From a virus, in the IMG/VR virus record IMGVR_UViG_3300003322_000266, positions 10,294 to 74,293 of that record: 64,000 bases of DNA; one strand, written 5' to 3'. Shown here piece by piece: positions 8,963 through 17,903 of this stretch; the stretch's first letter is position 1; every line of letters starts with the position of its first letter. Under the pieces are notes generated by a model, which was not told the DNA's origin, ran no database searches, and was given only the letters and a program-made list of their open reading frames with translations. Both the position numbers and the translations under genes were made by a program.

Positions 8963-9579
8963 GCCAGAATCCTCAGTGCTGCGACACGGGCGCTGAAGGT
9001 CCACTGCCCGTTGTCATTGATGTCGGCCTTCCAGCCGCCGTGCCAGAGCATCAGCCGCTTGTCGACCCTGCTGAAGGTGCGCCTGAGCCACGATGGTTCA
9101 GAGCCCAGACGCTCGAGTACGAACTTCTCCTGCCGCTCCATCTCCGCCAGGGTCTCCTGAAAAGAGCGCCAGCCTGGGCTGTTGCAGAAGCTGAGCACGA
9201 TCTCGGGCACTTGCAGGAAAGCCCATTGCTTGAACTCGACCAGATGCGGATTGATTTTCTCATCCAGATAGCGAATGAGCTTGACATCATGCGCGTCGAG
9301 AGTCGGATGACACTCGGTTGCCAGATAGTCGTAGCTCCGCTTTCCGAAGTAGCGATGAGAGGACGCGATCGAGTCAAGAAAGCACTTGATGCCGGCCCTG
9401 AGTTTCGCGTTGTCCATCTCTGAGGTGCCGACCAGCGCCATCATCTCGGTCGCGAGCGCGGGAACATCCCAGTTCCTGTTGTTCTGGTAGCCGGCGAGAA
9501 AGCTGTTGGCGCTCCTCATGAAGCGGGCCGGAATGCCACAGCTGGCATCGAAGCCTTCCGGGTATTGATCTGAGTTCAC
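8959..9579 (-). CDS. Hypothetical protein
   Basis: 206 aa, GTGA/ATGA coupling on both sides. Confidence 0.65.
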   Translation of the reverse strand: MNSDQYPEGFDASCGIPARFMRSANSFLAGYQNNRNWDVPALATEMMALVGTSEMDNAKLRAGIKCFLDSIASSHRYFGKRSYDYLATECHPTLDAHDVKLIRYLDEKINPHLVEFKQWAFLQVPEIVLSFCNSPGWRSFQETLAEMERQEKFVLERLGSEPSWLRRTFSRVDKRLMLWHGGWKADINDNGQWTFSARVAALRILA

Positions 9580-9983
9580 GGGAGTTCCTTGACGGCACCG
9601 ACGATGCGGCTGAAAAGAAAGTGGGACACACCGTTGCGATACTTCCAGCCATCGGTGTAGAAGAGTTGTAGTCGGCCCTGACCTCGGTTCATCATTTCGA
9701 TGAACTGCTGCTCACCTGCGTCGAGGTGGGACTTGAGCACCGTGTCATCGATCATGTTCACGGACCTGAGGTCGACCTGGAGCATGACCATCGGCACCAC
9801 GACCTCGTTGCCTTGAGCCTTCACAGGACGAGATCGGTACATGCTCTCCGCAACCCTGAGCTCGGCACCGACCTTGACACGAGCTCGAGCTTCACGACCA
9901 GGCGCCACGTACTCACCGTCACGTTCGATCGGGCCAGGTGCTTGCGAAGCGAGCCAGGCCTGCATGTCTTTGATGTAGCCCAC
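9576..9983 (-). CDS. Hypothetical protein
   Basis: 135 aa, tightly packed. Confidence 0.6.
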   Translation of the reverse strand: MGYIKDMQAWLASQAPGPIERDGEYVAPGREARARVKVGAELRVAESMYRSRPVKAQGNEVVVPMVMLQVDLRSVNMIDDTVLKSHLDAGEQQFIEMMNRGQGRLQLFYTDGWKYRNGVSHFLFSRIVGAVKELP

Positions 9984-9984
9984 A

Positions 9985-10407
9985 TCAGCCTCCGAGGATC
10001 AGGAGCTGACGAACCTTCGATCCATCGGCCCCGAGGAATTGCTGCAGCTCGGTGATCTGACTCGGCGTCATCTGGCAGGAGCCTTGGTCGACGATGACCA
10101 GGCTGTAGACACGCATCCGTTCATCGGGTACCGCGAACGCGTGATAACAGGCCTGGTTGGTCGCGTAGTGACCGAAGCCTTCCTTCGCCTTCCAAGAGCC
10201 AAGGAGCGCGCAGGCGTCCACATCCTCATTGAGGCGCTTTCCGATCCAGGTCGTGGCACCGGACCTGGCGCCCAGGTTCAGGGTCACGGTACCGAAGTCA
10301 CGCAGGAAGCGCCAGTCGTTGTTCACGTGCGCGAGTTCATCGACCTTCAGCCGATTGACGTTCAGCACCTGGGCTACTACGGCTGCAAAGAAGTCTTGCG
10401 ATCTCAT
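9985..10407 (-). CDS. Small degenerate P-loop-like protein
   Basis: Start MRSQDFF (ATGA overlap); TLNLGARSGATTW resembles a degenerate Walker A; later LVIVD is Walker B-like. Confidence 0.45.
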   Translation of the reverse strand: MRSQDFFAAVVAQVLNVNRLKVDELAHVNNDWRFLRDFGTVTLNLGARSGATTWIGKRLNEDVDACALLGSWKAKEGFGHYATNQACYHAFAVPDERMRVYSLVIVDQGSCQMTPSQITELQQFLGADGSKVRQLLILGG

Positions 10408-10676
10408 TTCATTCTCCGTGCACGTTTGCGGAACGTGTAGATGCGTCTCATCAGCATCATCTGTCCCGCTTTGGAAAGATGGGTGGGTGACTTGCGCTCT
10501 GTTGCCTGGGCCTCTCGCATCCGGTCGACTTCGAACTGCATGTGATCGACGGCACGTGCCAGGTCGGTGTTGACTTCGACCAGCATTGACCAGATGAACT
10601 TGAGTCCGTAGACGATGGCCAGGAAGGCAACGAGTACCAGACACGAGAGTAGGGTTCTGGACAGATCAGCTGCCAC
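10404..10676 (-). CDS. Small membrane protein
   Basis: GTG start after AGGAG; hydrophobic LLSCLVLVAFLAIVYGLKFIW. Confidence 0.55.
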   Translation of the reverse strand: MAADLSRTLLSCLVLVAFLAIVYGLKFIWSMLVEVNTDLARAVDHMQFEVDRMREAQATERKSPTHLSKAGQMMLMRRIYTFRKRARRMK

Positions 10677-10896
10677 CGTAGGACTCCTTCGGCTCTTCGT
10701 TGCTGAGGAGCGCGTGCTCGCATGCAAGCTTGAGTGCAAGGATGGACTCTCGGGTCGTGAGACTGATCGACTGGTTGTAGGCCATGAGGTTCAACTTAGG
10801 ATTCTGGTAGTTCGGGCTGGAGAGGTCCTGTGGGCAAGCACTCACCAACATGTTGGCGCCCGGATCAAGAATGAATGCCTTTGGTTCTGCCATCAT
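10666..10896 (-). CDS. Hypothetical protein
   Basis: GAGGGAG SD before ATG ATG. Confidence 0.55.
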   Translation of the reverse strand: MMAEPKAFILDPGANMLVSACPQDLSSPNYQNPKLNLMAYNQSISLTTRESILALKLACEHALLSNEEPKESYGGS

Positions 10897-10903
10897 AACT
10901 CCC

Positions 10904-11098
10904 TCAGCTGTTCTCACCACAGTACATGCAGGTGCCGGCGATCACTCCATCGCTAGCCTTGCAGTGCGGACATTCAATGACCGGAGTTTCGGCCACCGTC
11001 TTCTTTGATCCGAAGATCCGGTCGTAGCCTTCACGATACGCATCGGTCACGGCCTTCGAAACCAGCTCGTCGCCGGTCACGTCGTTCTTACTCGTCAT
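10904..11098 (-). CDS. Small Zn-ribbon protein
   Basis: MTSKNDVTGD...AYREGYDRIFG (a type of small protein common in phages) plus CPHC...CMYC. Confidence 0.6.
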   Translation of the reverse strand: MTSKNDVTGDELVSKAVTDAYREGYDRIFGSKKTVAETPVIECPHCKASDGVIAGTCMYCGENS

Positions 11099-11099
11099 C

Positions 11100-11462
11100 T
11101 CATGCTCCTCCAGTGGCGGGCACCCGCTTGTTCCAGCGCTCGAAGACGCCACCGAGAGTGCCCTTCGGGCCCATGGCACCGCAGTCACAGCAGACACAGC
11201 GGTACGAGTCCGCGACCGCAGGCTGACCTTCGTAGCTGACCCCGAGCGACTGGGAGCCGCAATAGGGACAGGACACAAGGTCATGCTTCTCGTCCGGAAC
11301 TGACACACCCATCTTGAACTCCTTCCACCTGACTTCAGGTGATGCGAACGGAATGGACATCGGCTTTGGGATTGGTGACCTATACTCGGACCCGAACAGC
11401 TGGTTGAAGAGTTCGGGGTCGCCGATCCACACCCACTCAGACCCGAAGCAACCCCAGTACAT
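11100..11462 (-). CDS. Lar-like restriction alleviation family Zn-finger protein
   Basis: SCPYCGS...CVCCDCGAMGP...FERWNKR matches the Lar family pattern CPFCG...CxxCGAxGP...WNxR. Confidence 0.7.
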   Translation of the reverse strand: MYWGCFGSEWVWIGDPELFNQLFGSEYRSPIPKPMSIPFASPEVRWKEFKMGVSVPDEKHDLVSCPYCGSQSLGVSYEGQPAVADSYRCVCCDCGAMGPKGTLGGVFERWNKRVPATGGA

Positions 11463-11464
11463 GG

Positions 11465-11659
11465 TCAGCTCTTCGTGTTGAGGACAATGCCAGATAGACC
11501 TGCTCCGGATAGGATAGCGCTGAAAAGCAACTGGACGATCAGTCGATGGCTTTCGTCCGAGCCGGGAACCACTGCTGAGAGTCCCACAGCTGTGGTGATC
11601 AGGAATCCGATGCCTGTGAACATCATGATGGCATAGATAGTCAAAGATGCGGTCTTCAC
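11465..11659 (-). CDS. Small 2-TM membrane protein
   Basis: 64 aa with two hydrophobic segments. Confidence 0.55.
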   Translation of the reverse strand: MKTASLTIYAIMMFTGIGFLITTAVGLSAVVPGSDESHRLIVQLLFSAILSGAGLSGIVLNTKS

Positions 11660-11660
11660 G

Positions 11661-12800
11661 TCAGCTCTCCTTCTTCTTGGCGAGATCGGGCGCGATCACG
11701 TCCTTGATGTAGCGGTACATGCGAGCCGAGATCAGGGCGCCGGCTTCGACCGTGAACTGCATCGACTCCGACTTGATCTGAACCGCAGTCTCTGCCAGAG
11801 CCGCGAAGTGTCCGAGCGTCGGCTTGTAGCCCTTGAGGCCTTCGAGTGCCATCCGATTGACCGGAGCCCAGAAGACCTTCGGGTGACGCTTGCCTTCGAG
11901 CACCGCGTTGTTGAGCAGGAACTGTGACGCCCACAGGATCTTGTTGATGACCTGGAAGCCATCGCTGATCTCGAGCACCGCGCGCTGCACCTGCGTGAAC
12001 TTGCCTTGAAGAGCCGCCGAGACGATGGTGGCTGCGAGCTTGTCGTCATCACCTTCGGTCGACTGCAGCATCGCCGACAGAGCCTTCTCATCCAGCTTCT
12101 TCGGCTTCGAGTCCAGGCCCGCCCAGTACTCGCTGATAGCCTGCAAGCTCGACGCCACCTGCCGCATGTCGGAGCAGCGCTCGACGAGCCTGGTCACCAG
12201 CTCGTTGTCACGCATGTACACCATGTCCTCGGCCTTGATGATGCGCCGGGCCTGCTTCATCAGGTCTTCCTGCGTGTGCGCCGAGAGTACGAACTGGGTG
12301 CATCGGCCGGCGATGGCCTTGCCCTCGGTCGTGGTCTGGAACTTGCCCGGGTCCATGGAGCAAAGGACCCAGATCGTGTCCTTCGACCCTGAGTCCTCGA
12401 TGGGCTTGAGCAGTGCTTGCGCCGCCGGCTTGTTGCCAAGGATCGACTGCGCCTCGTCGATGACGAAGACCTTCTTGACCCCACCCTGCGGCTTGTGCCT
12501 CGACACCTGGATGAGTTCGCGCATGTCATCGATGGTGCGCTGTGATCCGCCGTCGATTTCCTTGTAGAGACCGAGGCGCTGCTGTTCGTCGATCGGCTTG
12601 CCGTTGATGGCGACGGCCATGCAACGAGCGATCGTGGTCTTGCCGGCCGCGGGTGCGCCGGTGATCAGCACCGCCGTGGGCCACGCACCCTTGGCGACGA
12701 TGCCCTTGATCCGGGTCGCCACTTGCTCGTGACCGATCAGTCGATCGAAGCTCTGTGGCCTGTACCGTGTGTGAAAGAGAGTGCTCTGTTGTTGCGTCAT
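11661..12800 (-). CDS. dnaX: DNA polymerase III gamma/tau-like clamp loader AAA+ ATPase
   Basis: RYRPQSFDRLIGHE, Walker A GAPAAGKTT, EIDGGSQRTIDDMRELI, KVFVIDEAQ, GRC (SRC motif). Confidence 0.9.
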   Translation of the reverse strand: MTQQQSTLFHTRYRPQSFDRLIGHEQVATRIKGIVAKGAWPTAVLITGAPAAGKTTIARCMAVAINGKPIDEQQRLGLYKEIDGGSQRTIDDMRELIQVSRHKPQGGVKKVFVIDEAQSILGNKPAAQALLKPIEDSGSKDTIWVLCSMDPGKFQTTTEGKAIAGRCTQFVLSAHTQEDLMKQARRIIKAEDMVYMRDNELVTRLVERCSDMRQVASSLQAISEYWAGLDSKPKKLDEKALSAMLQSTEGDDDKLAATIVSAALQGKFTQVQRAVLEISDGFQVINKILWASQFLLNNAVLEGKRHPKVFWAPVNRMALEGLKGYKPTLGHFAALAETAVQIKSESMQFTVEAGALISARMYRYIKDVIAPDLAKKKES

Positions 12801-12827
12801 GTGGTGTCGCTCGTCTGATGATGTGTT

Positions 12828-13094
12828 CTATTTATCGTCTGCGTTCTTGCACTCGACCGGACTGCCGTTTACTAACACGAGGTCGTCACGATGCTGAGAG
12901 CCCTTGAAGTAGTGAATGGTCCAGACCTGTCCTTCATGGCATGTGGTCTGGACCGTTGGGACTGGTGTTGGTTCATGCACGTCCGGAGGCAGAGTCAGGA
13001 TCTTGTAGATCAAGTAGACGAAGCCAAAGATGGCAGTGACAACGATGAGACCTAGACTCGCATCACCATCTCGTCCAAGCATTGGATCGCTCAT
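12828..13094 (-). CDS. Single-TM small protein
   Basis: LGLIVVTAIFGFVYLIY TM segment; likely start MSDPML. Confidence 0.5.
   Translation of the reverse strand: MSDPMLGRDGDASLGLIVVTAIFGFVYLIYKILTLPPDVHEPTPVPTVQTTCHEGQVWTIHYFKGSQHRDDLVLVNGSPVECKNADDK
12829..12838 (-). promoter_or_regulatory. Putative phage promoter variant ACGATAAATA
   Basis: ACnnTAAATA consensus 29 nt upstream of the clamp-loader ATG. Confidence 0.45.
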
Positions 13095-13108
13095 TTCATC
13101 CCCTACCG

Positions 13109-13408
13109 TTAGTAACGGCCCTTGCCGGGCCCGTGCTGTCTGTACCATGGCTTGTTCTTCGGTCCTGACGGCTTTGGCCTGGGTACCATCACTTCGTCAG
13201 CGTGGATCGGATTGGTCACGGTCCGAACTCGATAGCCGTTGTGTGCACCGCTACCAGTCATGAACTGGTTGAGGTACGCGAACTGAGTGCAGTCACCAGC
13301 ATCTACGATCCGGACCTTGATCAAGTCATCCGCAGTCGGTACCGTCTGCGATGTGATCGTGACCGGGACTGGATTCCATGGATCGAACGGGTTGTTGCTG
13401 GGTGCCAT
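13109..13408 (-). CDS. Hypothetical protein
   Basis: Likely start MAPSNNPF; the upstream part of the track ORF overlaps other genes. Confidence 0.45.
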   Translation of the reverse strand: MAPSNNPFDPWNPVPVTITSQTVPTADDLIKVRIVDAGDCTQFAYLNQFMTGSGAHNGYRVRTVTNPIHADEVMVPRPKPSGPKNKPWYRQHGPGKGRY

Positions 13409-13679
13409 TCTCGGTCTCCCACCCCTGGAAGTTGAAGGTGATGTTGAAGCTGATCGGATGGCCCGGAGTGTGCTTGTTGTCTGGGTGACTCGACGGCCAT
13501 GCGCGTCCGATGACCTTGCCATCATCGTCGTAGACCGGCAGGTACTCGACTTGCTCTCCGGTCTCTGGACACACGGCCTTCTGCCAGGAAACGAAGCAGT
13601 CACGAACGGTGTACTCGATTCCGTGCCTCGGCAGTCTGGGAAGACCTTCGAAGACCCAACCTTTGGCTTTGTCCACCAT
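13326..13679 (-). CDS. Hypothetical protein
   Basis: 117 aa, abuts the upstream stop. Confidence 0.5.
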   Translation of the reverse strand: MVDKAKGWVFEGLPRLPRHGIEYTVRDCFVSWQKAVCPETGEQVEYLPVYDDDGKVIGRAWPSSHPDNKHTPGHPISFNITFNFQGWETENGTQQQPVRSMESSPGHDHIADGTDCG

Positions 13680-13680
13680 C

Positions 13681-14016
13681 TTACTCTCCGTCGGTTGCTT
13701 CTTGCATGATGCCTTGCCACAGCTTCTGCAGCTCGGCGCAGCGTTCTAGCGTCAGGACTTGGCCGCAGTGATCGTGCAGCCAGTCGACGATCACGTCGGT
13801 CAGTGGCGTCATCTTTTCGAACCAGTCGTAGGCGGTCTTCGACCATTCCTTGCCGTTGGGTCCGATGTAGTTGATCGTCGCCGGGTACTCCTTCTGCCGA
13901 TCACTCAGGTTCGTCACCGACGTGACCTGGTAGATGTTGCCGTTCCTGTGCTTCCAGTACGAGCCTTTGCGTGGCAGTGTCTGAAGCCCTTTGCGCGTCA
14001 TGACTTGGATCATCAT
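13681..14016 (-). CDS. DUF1653-like small beta-barrel protein
   Basis: KGSYWKHRNGNIYQV...INY...GKEWSK...WF pattern. Confidence 0.45.
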   Translation of the reverse strand: MMIQVMTRKGLQTLPRKGSYWKHRNGNIYQVTSVTNLSDRQKEYPATINYIGPNGKEWSKTAYDWFEKMTPLTDVIVDWLHDHCGQVLTLERCAELQKLWQGIMQEATDGE

Positions 14017-14339
14017 TTCCTCACGTAGGTCAGAAGGTCCTCGACCTTCTTAAGGCCACGGAATTGGAGGTAGGTCATGGCTGCGATCTCCAGCGCCTTT
14101 CGACCGGCTTCCGGGATCGAGTCGTAGTCACGTTGATCGAGGATGACACCGATGACAGTCAGCCCCTTCACCTTGTCTTCGACCTGATAGGCCGACATCG
14201 GGTGGTAGGTAGCTCCGTGGTCGATGTGGGCGTCCCGCAGGACCTTGAGCCTCGCCTGGTCACTTGCGTTCGTGACGATGACGATGTGCTTGTTGAGGAC
14301 AGCGTTCATTACGGCCCTTCCTTGCCGAGTGAAGGCCAC
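14013..14339 (-). CDS. Hypothetical protein
   Basis: ATGA-coupled to the downstream gene. Confidence 0.55.
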   Translation of the reverse strand: MAFTRQGRAVMNAVLNKHIVIVTNASDQARLKVLRDAHIDHGATYHPMSAYQVEDKVKGLTVIGVILDQRDYDSIPEAGRKALEIAAMTYLQFRGLKKVEDLLTYVRK

Positions 14340-14665
14340 CCGTAGTCACGTCCTCGGACCAGTGCCTCTTCGAGGGCAGCTCTCGCACCCGTCATCTTCT
14401 CGATCCAACGCTCGGGAGTACCGTGCTTGAGGGCAGGCCGAGCAGCGATGAGGCGTACGTTGGTCTCGCTCCTCGTCGACCATTGCCAATCTTCGGTTGC
14501 GAAGCGCCATAGAAGGGCTTCACGCTGTCCGAACTCCGGCTGATGGATCTCGAAGCAGCCTTCGCACGGCATGCTCTTGTAGCCCTGCCGAATCAATCCC
14601 ATCTGGATGTCGGTCAGGAGATTGTTCTTCACCCAGTCGATGGGTGGCAGTTCTGAGTCACTCAC
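14309..14665 (-). CDS. Hypothetical protein
   Basis: 118 aa in a packed operon. Confidence 0.55.
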   Translation of the reverse strand: MSDSELPPIDWVKNNLLTDIQMGLIRQGYKSMPCEGCFEIHQPEFGQREALLWRFATEDWQWSTRSETNVRLIAARPALKHGTPERWIEKMTGARAALEEALVRGRDYGWPSLGKEGP

Positions 14666-14882
14666 GATTGCGCTCCTTCTTGTCCTTCGTGTACTTCAGG
14701 ACCTCGTTGTCGATGAATTGCTTGGTGGCTCGGGTCACGCCCTTGTAGAGTTCGAGCTTCGCTTCCTTGACGTTCTCGTCGGGCTCGAGATCGGCCACGG
14801 CCTCGACCGTGACTTGCACGGGTTCGAAGCGCTCGACCTGGACGGTGCGGCTGACTGCGACCTTGATGGTCTTGACTCTCAT
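14658..14882 (-). CDS. Hypothetical protein
   Basis: 74 aa, VSRTVQVERFEPVQVTV. Confidence 0.6.
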   Translation of the reverse strand: MRVKTIKVAVSRTVQVERFEPVQVTVEAVADLEPDENVKEAKLELYKGVTRATKQFIDNEVLKYTKDKKERNRE

Positions 14883-14886
14883 TCGT

Positions 14887-15681
14887 TCACTCCTTGATAC
14901 TGAAGTTTTTCAGCATCATCCGATCCATGAACCGGCAGAGCTTGGCTGCTTCTGCCGGGCTGTAGACATCGACCTTGGCACCACGCTGGATCGTCAGCGA
15001 GCCGTCGCTAAAGATACCGATCTTCATGTCGGTGGCAACGACCGGGACGCGCATCGTCTCGGTCTTGGCCCTCGGCTCCGGCTTCGCCGGCGGATCGTTG
15101 ATCAACGAGTTCCGAGTCCTGACCATGGGAGGTACTTCGTCCTCGACGGGCGCCGTCTTCGCGACCGAGCCGGTGCGGCCTCGCGTCACATCGTCCCACT
15201 CGTCGTCACTCATGTCGCTTGTGCCGTCGTTCGTGTCTCGAACCTGCGTCGGCTCGCTGAACTTCTTGACCAGGGAACTCGACTCCGGCTTCCCCTGCGG
15301 AGGACCCGGATTGAACCCGTTGGTCTCCAACACCTGTCCGACTCTGATTTGTTCGCTCACTTCTCCGTCCTCTTTCTTCGGTTCTTGTGTTTTCCGCGTC
15401 GGCACGAAATCGAGTTCGACGTGCTTGACGATCGGATGCATGGCCACGAGCTCGGGATCGAGCTTGCGTGGACCTCGTCGCCAGAAGTACTGGACACCGG
15501 CCTTCTCACGCAGTATGTAGCCTGCGTTGAAGTAGATGTTGCTCATGTTGATGACCTGGAAGTACTCGAGGCCCATCGCTTCTGCGATTTGTTTTGTCGT
15601 CACCTCGGCGCCTTCTGGTATCTGGTTCAGATACGAGATGATCTTCGCCGCCGTGGTCTGTGGTGCTGGTACGTATTCCAT
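14887..15681 (-). CDS. N-terminal winged-HTH protein with disordered middle region
   Basis: IISYLNQ...VTTKQIAEAMGLEYFQVINMSN...GYILRE is HTH-like. Confidence 0.55.
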   Translation of the reverse strand: MEYVPAPQTTAAKIISYLNQIPEGAEVTTKQIAEAMGLEYFQVINMSNIYFNAGYILREKAGVQYFWRRGPRKLDPELVAMHPIVKHVELDFVPTRKTQEPKKEDGEVSEQIRVGQVLETNGFNPGPPQGKPESSSLVKKFSEPTQVRDTNDGTSDMSDDEWDDVTRGRTGSVAKTAPVEDEVPPMVRTRNSLINDPPAKPEPRAKTETMRVPVVATDMKIGIFSDGSLTIQRGAKVDVYSPAEAAKLCRFMDRMMLKNFSIKE

Positions 15682-15692
15682 GGTCTGGCGCC

Positions 15693-15986
15693 TCAGAGTG
15701 CTCTCAGAAGTTCTACGTCACCTGGCTGCAGCTGCCCTTGGTTCTTACGCGCGTAGATTTGCGCTAGTATGCAGTACGCGTACGCCAGGCAGTCCTGCGG
15801 ATCAGGGTCCGAGCCTTGGTCGAGCTTGTCCTTGATTGCCGCTTTGCATCTCGCGGTGTGCTCAGCGACAAGAGAGAAGTTCTTGTGGGTGCTGGGGACA
15901 GCGCCGAGATTGCGCGCGAACTGGAGGTTCGACAGGTCGTGCTGGGCAAAGAACGGCGGCTGACCTGCCATCATTGCTTGTTCCAT
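15693..15986 (-). CDS. Hypothetical protein
   Basis: 97 aa, GGAGG SD upstream. Confidence 0.6.
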   Translation of the reverse strand: MEQAMMAGQPPFFAQHDLSNLQFARNLGAVPSTHKNFSLVAEHTARCKAAIKDKLDQGSDPDPQDCLAYAYCILAQIYARKNQGQLQPGDVELLRAL

Positions 15987-16348
15987 GCGTCACCTCCGTT
16001 GAATGTGTTGACGAGATTCATGCGAGCTCTGGTCGCTGGAGCCAAGTCTTGACCAGCATCACGCGCGACCTGGACCTCGTGATGCAGCTTGATGAGTTCG
16101 ATCTTGAGCAGAGCCAGGCAGCAGTCGAGACTGACGCGCCGGGTGGCCGCCACCTCGTTTCGGATCTCGGCTTCGAGGTGCTCCAGCTGGCGCCACTTGT
16201 CGAGCGTCCCGAGATGGCCGATGAATGCCTGGACTTCAGCGAGCCACGAGCGAGGCTCGTCCATCCTCGGTAGCGTGGACGAGGTCAGGTCCATATAGTG
16301 CACCGGTTGCGGGACACTACGATTGTGGGTTGGGATCGGGTCGGTCAT
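15971..16348 (-). CDS. Hypothetical helical protein
   Basis: 125-aa ORF in a packed operon. Confidence 0.5.
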   Translation of the reverse strand: MTDPIPTHNRSVPQPVHYMDLTSSTLPRMDEPRSWLAEVQAFIGHLGTLDKWRQLEHLEAEIRNEVAATRRVSLDCCLALLKIELIKLHHEVQVARDAGQDLAPATRARMNLVNTFNGGDAWNKQ

Positions 16349-16553
16349 AGCGCTCCAGTATGCGTCGATCTTCGTCAGTCATAGAGCCACGCTTCTTGCG
16401 TTCGCGAGCGCGGGCCACGTACACAGTGATCAGGCTGTCAACGAGCCAGAAGCTCGGACGTCCGTACTTTTGGACTTCAGCGAGTAACAACTTTTCTAGT
16501 TCTAAGGCGCGAAGCTCCGCACGGTCGAGGCTGCGTCTAGTCCAGTTAGTCAT
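16317..16553 (-). CDS. Hypothetical protein
   Basis: 78 aa, TAATG coupling with the nuclease gene. Confidence 0.55.
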   Translation of the reverse strand: MTNWTRRSLDRAELRALELEKLLLAEVQKYGRPSFWLVDSLITVYVARARERKKRGSMTDEDRRILERYDRPDPNPQS

Positions 16554-17416
16554 TACGCGACCTCCCTCTCAACTTGCTTGCGCAGGATCGGGAGTTTGTT
16601 CATCCTCTTCTTCACAGTCTTGAGCAGCTCGATCCTCGGTTTCTTGCACCAGTCGCAGTACTCGCCGCCGCAGTTCGTGAGGAACAGGTCCTTCACTTCC
16701 TCGAATGTGGAGGCCACCATCGTCCTGCGATGGAGCTTGCGATCGGCCAGCAGCTCTTGCTTCGCCGACTCGTAGTCAGCCTCGGTCATCCGCAGTTCCC
16801 AGATCGCTGGCTTGCGCGGATTGTCACGGGGTAGGAAGACCAGCATCACGCCTTCGACCTTGATGCCGTACTGCTTCCAGAGCAGGTAAGCATAGGCCTT
16901 GACCTGACGCTTGTAGTTGGCTCCTGGATTCACCTTCTTCTTCGACGCACCCGAGACCGAGCAGGTCTTGAAGTCGACGATCCAGTACTTGCCCTTGCGA
17001 TCTTTCAGGATCGCGTCGATGTGACCCTTGATGCCCTTCCAGTCGATGGTCACTTCTTCGTAATGCGTCGGAAACCCGCAGCACTCGTGCTTGTGCGACA
17101 GCGGGTACTTGGTCCTGCACTCACGACACTCGTAGTCAGCAAGGAGTCGACCTGACGTCGCCAGGTACGACTGCATGACATGGTGGACCGCGTGACCTAC
17201 GTTCACGTAGTAGGCCATCATCATGTCCATCGATTGATACATGCCCAGTGTCACGTAGTTCATGATCACCGTTCGCGGGCAATAGGGAAGCTGCGAGCAG
17301 CGGAGACTGAAGAGCCGACTCGGGTCGGCCTTGTGGACGATGGTCGCCTCGTTGATCGCCTTGTAGAAGACGGAGTAGAATTCGGCGCTACCAGTCCTTG
17401 ACGGGCTGATTTTCAT
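16553..17416 (-). CDS. Cas4-like PD-(D/E)XK exonuclease with Cys ligands
   Basis: CSQLPYCPR, GHAVH, IKGHIDAIL...WIVDFKT, QVKAY, C-terminal CGGEYCDWC; extra CREC...CC Zn insert. Likely start MKISP. Confidence 0.85.
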   Translation of the reverse strand: MKISPSRTGSAEFYSVFYKAINEATIVHKADPSRLFSLRCSQLPYCPRTVIMNYVTLGMYQSMDMMMAYYVNVGHAVHHVMQSYLATSGRLLADYECRECRTKYPLSHKHECCGFPTHYEEVTIDWKGIKGHIDAILKDRKGKYWIVDFKTCSVSGASKKKVNPGANYKRQVKAYAYLLWKQYGIKVEGVMLVFLPRDNPRKPAIWELRMTEADYESAKQELLADRKLHRRTMVASTFEEVKDLFLTNCGGEYCDWCKKPRIELLKTVKKRMNKLPILRKQVEREVA

Positions 17417-17433
17417 GGGGTACCTCAAGTCCT

Positions 17434-17443
17434 TATTTACGGT
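17434..17443 (-). promoter_or_regulatory. Putative phage promoter ACCGTAAATA
   Basis: 9/10 match to ACTGTAAATA; heads the whole left minus-strand block, 18 nt upstream of the ATG. Confidence 0.6.
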
Positions 17444-17528
17444 TTCGACTGTGACAAATGCGTGGAACTTCTGGACCCTCGTGGACAATTTTAGGACTGT
17501 CTCACCTCTTCAAATTGGGCTCCGAACC

Positions 17529-17891
17529 ATGATCGCCGACCTCATTGCACTACTGTTCTTCAGCCGGGACTATGCGCATCGAGCGCATCTGGCGACCGGA
17601 AGCTACTCACAGCACAAGGCTCTCGAAACCTTTTACGAGGACATGACCGAGGCTGCAGACAAGCTGACCGAGACGTGGCAAGGTCAGAACGGCAAGCGCT
17701 TGAAGATCGGCTACGTGCATGACGAACCCGACGTCATGGAGCCCGAGGCAACGCTCACCAAACACTTCCACATGGTCAAGGCTCTGCGCTACGACGCGGT
17801 GCCCAAGGACCAGACGATGCTCCACAACCAGATCGATGAAATCGAAGCCCTGTTCGCGCAGACGCTCTACAAGCTCAAGTTCCTCAAGTAA
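17529..17891 (+). CDS. Dps/ferritin-like small protein (DUF5856-type)
   Basis: AHRAHL...SYSQHKALETFYEDM..AADKLTETWQG...NQIDEI...TLYKLKFL; four-helix-bundle His/Asp/Glu ligands. Confidence 0.8.
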   Translation: MIADLIALLFFSRDYAHRAHLATGSYSQHKALETFYEDMTEAADKLTETWQGQNGKRLKIGYVHDEPDVMEPEATLTKHFHMVKALRYDAVPKDQTMLHNQIDEIEALFAQTLYKLKFLK

Positions 17892-17903
17892 GGAAGGATA
17901 GTC

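Noticed and set aside
13287-13709. Plus-strand ORF containing PRQSGKT (terminase-like Walker A)
   Set aside because: It is antisense to packed minus-strand genes, short, and lacks any other terminase motif; a coincidental match.
16553-17529. Possible mini-CRISPR array beside the Cas4-like gene
   Set aside because: No repeat-spacer periodicity is visible in the flanks or elsewhere in the window.
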